Below, in pieces: positions 61,670-64,000 of a stretch of DNA of 64,000 nt; the first letter of the stretch is position 1; every line of letters starts with the position of its first letter. The DNA comes from Monocercomonoides exilis PA203 (Eukaryota > Protista > Preaxostyla). A program made the translations under genes and the position numbers. The notes beneath the pieces are model-generated. The model saw nothing but the letters and a program-made list of their open reading frames with translations, was not told the DNA's origin and made no database searches. The stretch lies in contig LSRY02000027.1 in NCBI GenBank assembly GCA_001643675.2, positions 1,178,001 through 1,242,000 of the forward strand. Reading direction: 5' to 3'.

Positions 61670-64000
61670 TTAGAAGAACCCTCATTCTCAAAAACAATCT
61701 ATCAACGACACCTCTCTTTTATGGAAGTGAGAGCGGCTCATTAAGGGCTCTGCCGTTCACAAAATTTGAAACATGTCCACATTGTTGGAAGGACCTGTGT
61801 CGGGGCTGAGCAGGATATTCCCGCAAAGCGGACCAACAGGCAGTATGGGCATACCAATCCCCATCACTATTCCAACTTCCGCAGCTGCCAAATTAGCATT
61901 TCCTCCATCGTCTGCACCTCAACTTGCTGACTATGTTGCAATGACTCCAGACTCTGCTCCCAAGCGCCACTTGGATGAAGCCTGCAAGATACTGTTCGGA
62001 GATCAAATTTCAAATTCAGTTTTCAATTTTTCAATCAACTCCAGTGATCTTGATCAATCAACAGCAGAGTTCGAGTTTCTCGCTGCACCTCCTTTTATTC
62101 CATCCAGAGCCCACTCGCACTCCCGATCCAAAAGCTGGTTTTCCGACGCACTTGACGAGGGAGCCTGGAAAGTGGAGTACCATTTACTCCAAGTGCTAAA
62201 GGCAATTGTGTTGGTAACACAGAATGCGAACCGGAGGAAAATCCAAGCTTTAGCGACGGAATAATCTTCTTAATAACAGCGCTTCAAGATACAAGACATA
62301 TGAGGATAATTGCAAAATTTGGTTTTGCCGCAGCTAAGTTATTACTGAAAGAGAAAGAAGACCCATTACTCAGCAGGGAACAACTTGAGAGGATTGCACC
62401 ATTGATGCAAAAGAAACGAGAAGCAATAACACACTCTACGTATGCAGCTAGCAGGCAGAGCGCGCGTGCCTCGAGAGCTATTAACTCCAAAAGACCTTTC
62501 ATCCCTCCAAAGACCCGTTTTTTTCAGAGAAAGTTGGAGGCCGTACCCAGGTCTTCGCTCGAGAGTGGGAGAAGATTGTAGTGGAAGAAGTGATTACGGA
62601 GCTCATTCGACCGATTTGGAAAGGAAAAAGCGTAAGGGAACTCATAAAGAAGGAGAATGGACGATACAGAAGGTTTATCGGAGGGAAGAAAGAAGAACAA
62701 GCGAGTGCGGAGTGGATCCAAGAGTGGTCGAGGATAGAAGTGCTGAACTTGCTGAACGCAGACCAGGTTTATTGCCTAAACAACATTTTCTTTATTCCGA
62801 AAAAGAACAGTAAATTCATTCAAATTCAAGACTGCAGACATTTGAACACTGATTTGAAGTACATGCACTTCAAGATGGACGATCATCGAACCGTGGAGAA
62901 ACTGCTGCATAAGAAAGACTGTGCGACTTCATTTGACCTTTCTCAGGAGTATTTCCTCATGCCAGTACACAGAGAGTTTTCACCTTTCTTGGCTTTCCAG
63001 TTCAAAGGAGATTTCTTCGGTTTCAGGTGAATGCCGTTTGGATACAAGGACGCACCCAGCGTCTTTATTAAAGTGATGCGCAAAGTAATGATGCAGGCTA
63101 GGAAACTGTGGAGTGTGAGATGTGTAACTTATTTTGACGATATTCTTCTTCTTCATCAGGACGGGAATTATCAAAGAGCAGCAACGAAGGAGATTGAAGA
63201 ATGGTTGGTGCAGCTAGGCTTGTTGGTAAATATGGAGAAAAGCGAACTTCAACCAAAAAGACACTTCGATTGCCTTGGATGGCGATGGGACAGCGAACAG
63301 ATGACAGTGAGACGAGAGGATCAACGACGCAGGGAGCTGAGGCAACAATGTGGGAAATGGATGAAGTGGGTGAAGCGCAACTGGACTGAAAAGGTGTGGG
63401 GTTTAGCATCCTTCATAGGGCCACGCGCTTCGTGTTCAGAGACGCAAGCTTGTTCATGAACCGATTTTATGCGGTTCTCAACAAAGGCGTGAGAAAATCG
63501 GGTTGGAATGTGGAGGTGCGCCTCAACAATGGATTGAAGAGGCAACTGGAGCTATGGTTACAGAGACTGAATACGAGTTTCAGCAGGAAGCTGGTGGACT
63601 TTGCCAGCCCGGAGGCTGTTCTTACAACGGACACATCTCCGTTTGCAGTGGGAGCAACCTTGAATATTGCGGGGAACGTCCAACATTTCCACAAACTTCT
63701 CAGCCCAACATTCAGGAACAAACATCTAATTCCAGAGAGCTTTTGGCTGTTCTCCTTGCACTCAACAATTTTTCTTCTAGCCTGGAGCGCAACAAAATCC
63801 ACAACCTGCTCCTCCGTTCGGACAATGCCTCAGTAGTTTTCAATATCAACAGGTGATGAACAGGACCGAACCTAATTTCTCTGCTGAGATTGATTCGATC
63901 GGTATGTCAATCGATGGCTCTGGCAGTGAAGGCAACTCACATTCTGGGAGAAAAGAACGCGATTGCAAACTCGCTGTCAAGACTCGCAATCACACAAGAC
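61670..64000 (+). mobile_element. Second DIRS-like retrotransposon (different family), degenerate, continuing beyond the window
   Basis: Gag-position ORFs at 61773-62581, followed by RT and RNase H in DIRS style. The left boundary is estimated from the composition shift only. Confidence 0.75.
62581..64000 (+). pseudogene. RT/RNase H of the second DIRS-like element
   Basis: FFIPKKNSKFIQIQDCRHLN, HFKMDD, FDLSQEY, MPFGYKDAPSVF, YFDDILL, CLGWRWD; RNase H TTDTSPFAVGA, NSRELLAV, SDNASVV, HILGEKNAIANSLSR. Stops and frameshifts present. Confidence 0.9.

Overview
AT-rich eukaryotic DNA. It has short GT-AG introns (about 52-65 nt), uses the standard genetic code, and contains many GAA/TCT low-complexity tracts. 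The gene families resemble those I know from the oxymonad Monocercomonoides; this is an inference, not a database result. Likely intact host genes: a ~2566-aa receptor-like protein (signal peptide, beta-helix modules, TM, degenerate kinase C-lobe; 27598-35350), a ~1494-aa Ser/Glu/Lys-rich protein (49975-54836), and three complete copies plus one 5'-truncated copy of a 3-exon alpha-helical family. Much of the rest is decayed mobile DNA. There is a full-length DIRS-type tyrosine-recombinase retrotransposon with ITRs and an internal complementary region (3107-9121) and a second DIRS-like element running off the right edge. There are also Tc1-like and pogo-like transposase relics and two long perfect foldback repeats. 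A Merlin/ISXO2 transposase is split by a 9.6-kb TIR element (11490-21123) that carries only host-gene fragments, i.e. a candidate Pack-type gene-capturing transposon. The other main signal is the helical family, whose coding exons diverge much faster than their upstream DNA and show mosaic identity tracts. I saw no rRNA, tRNA or CRISPR.
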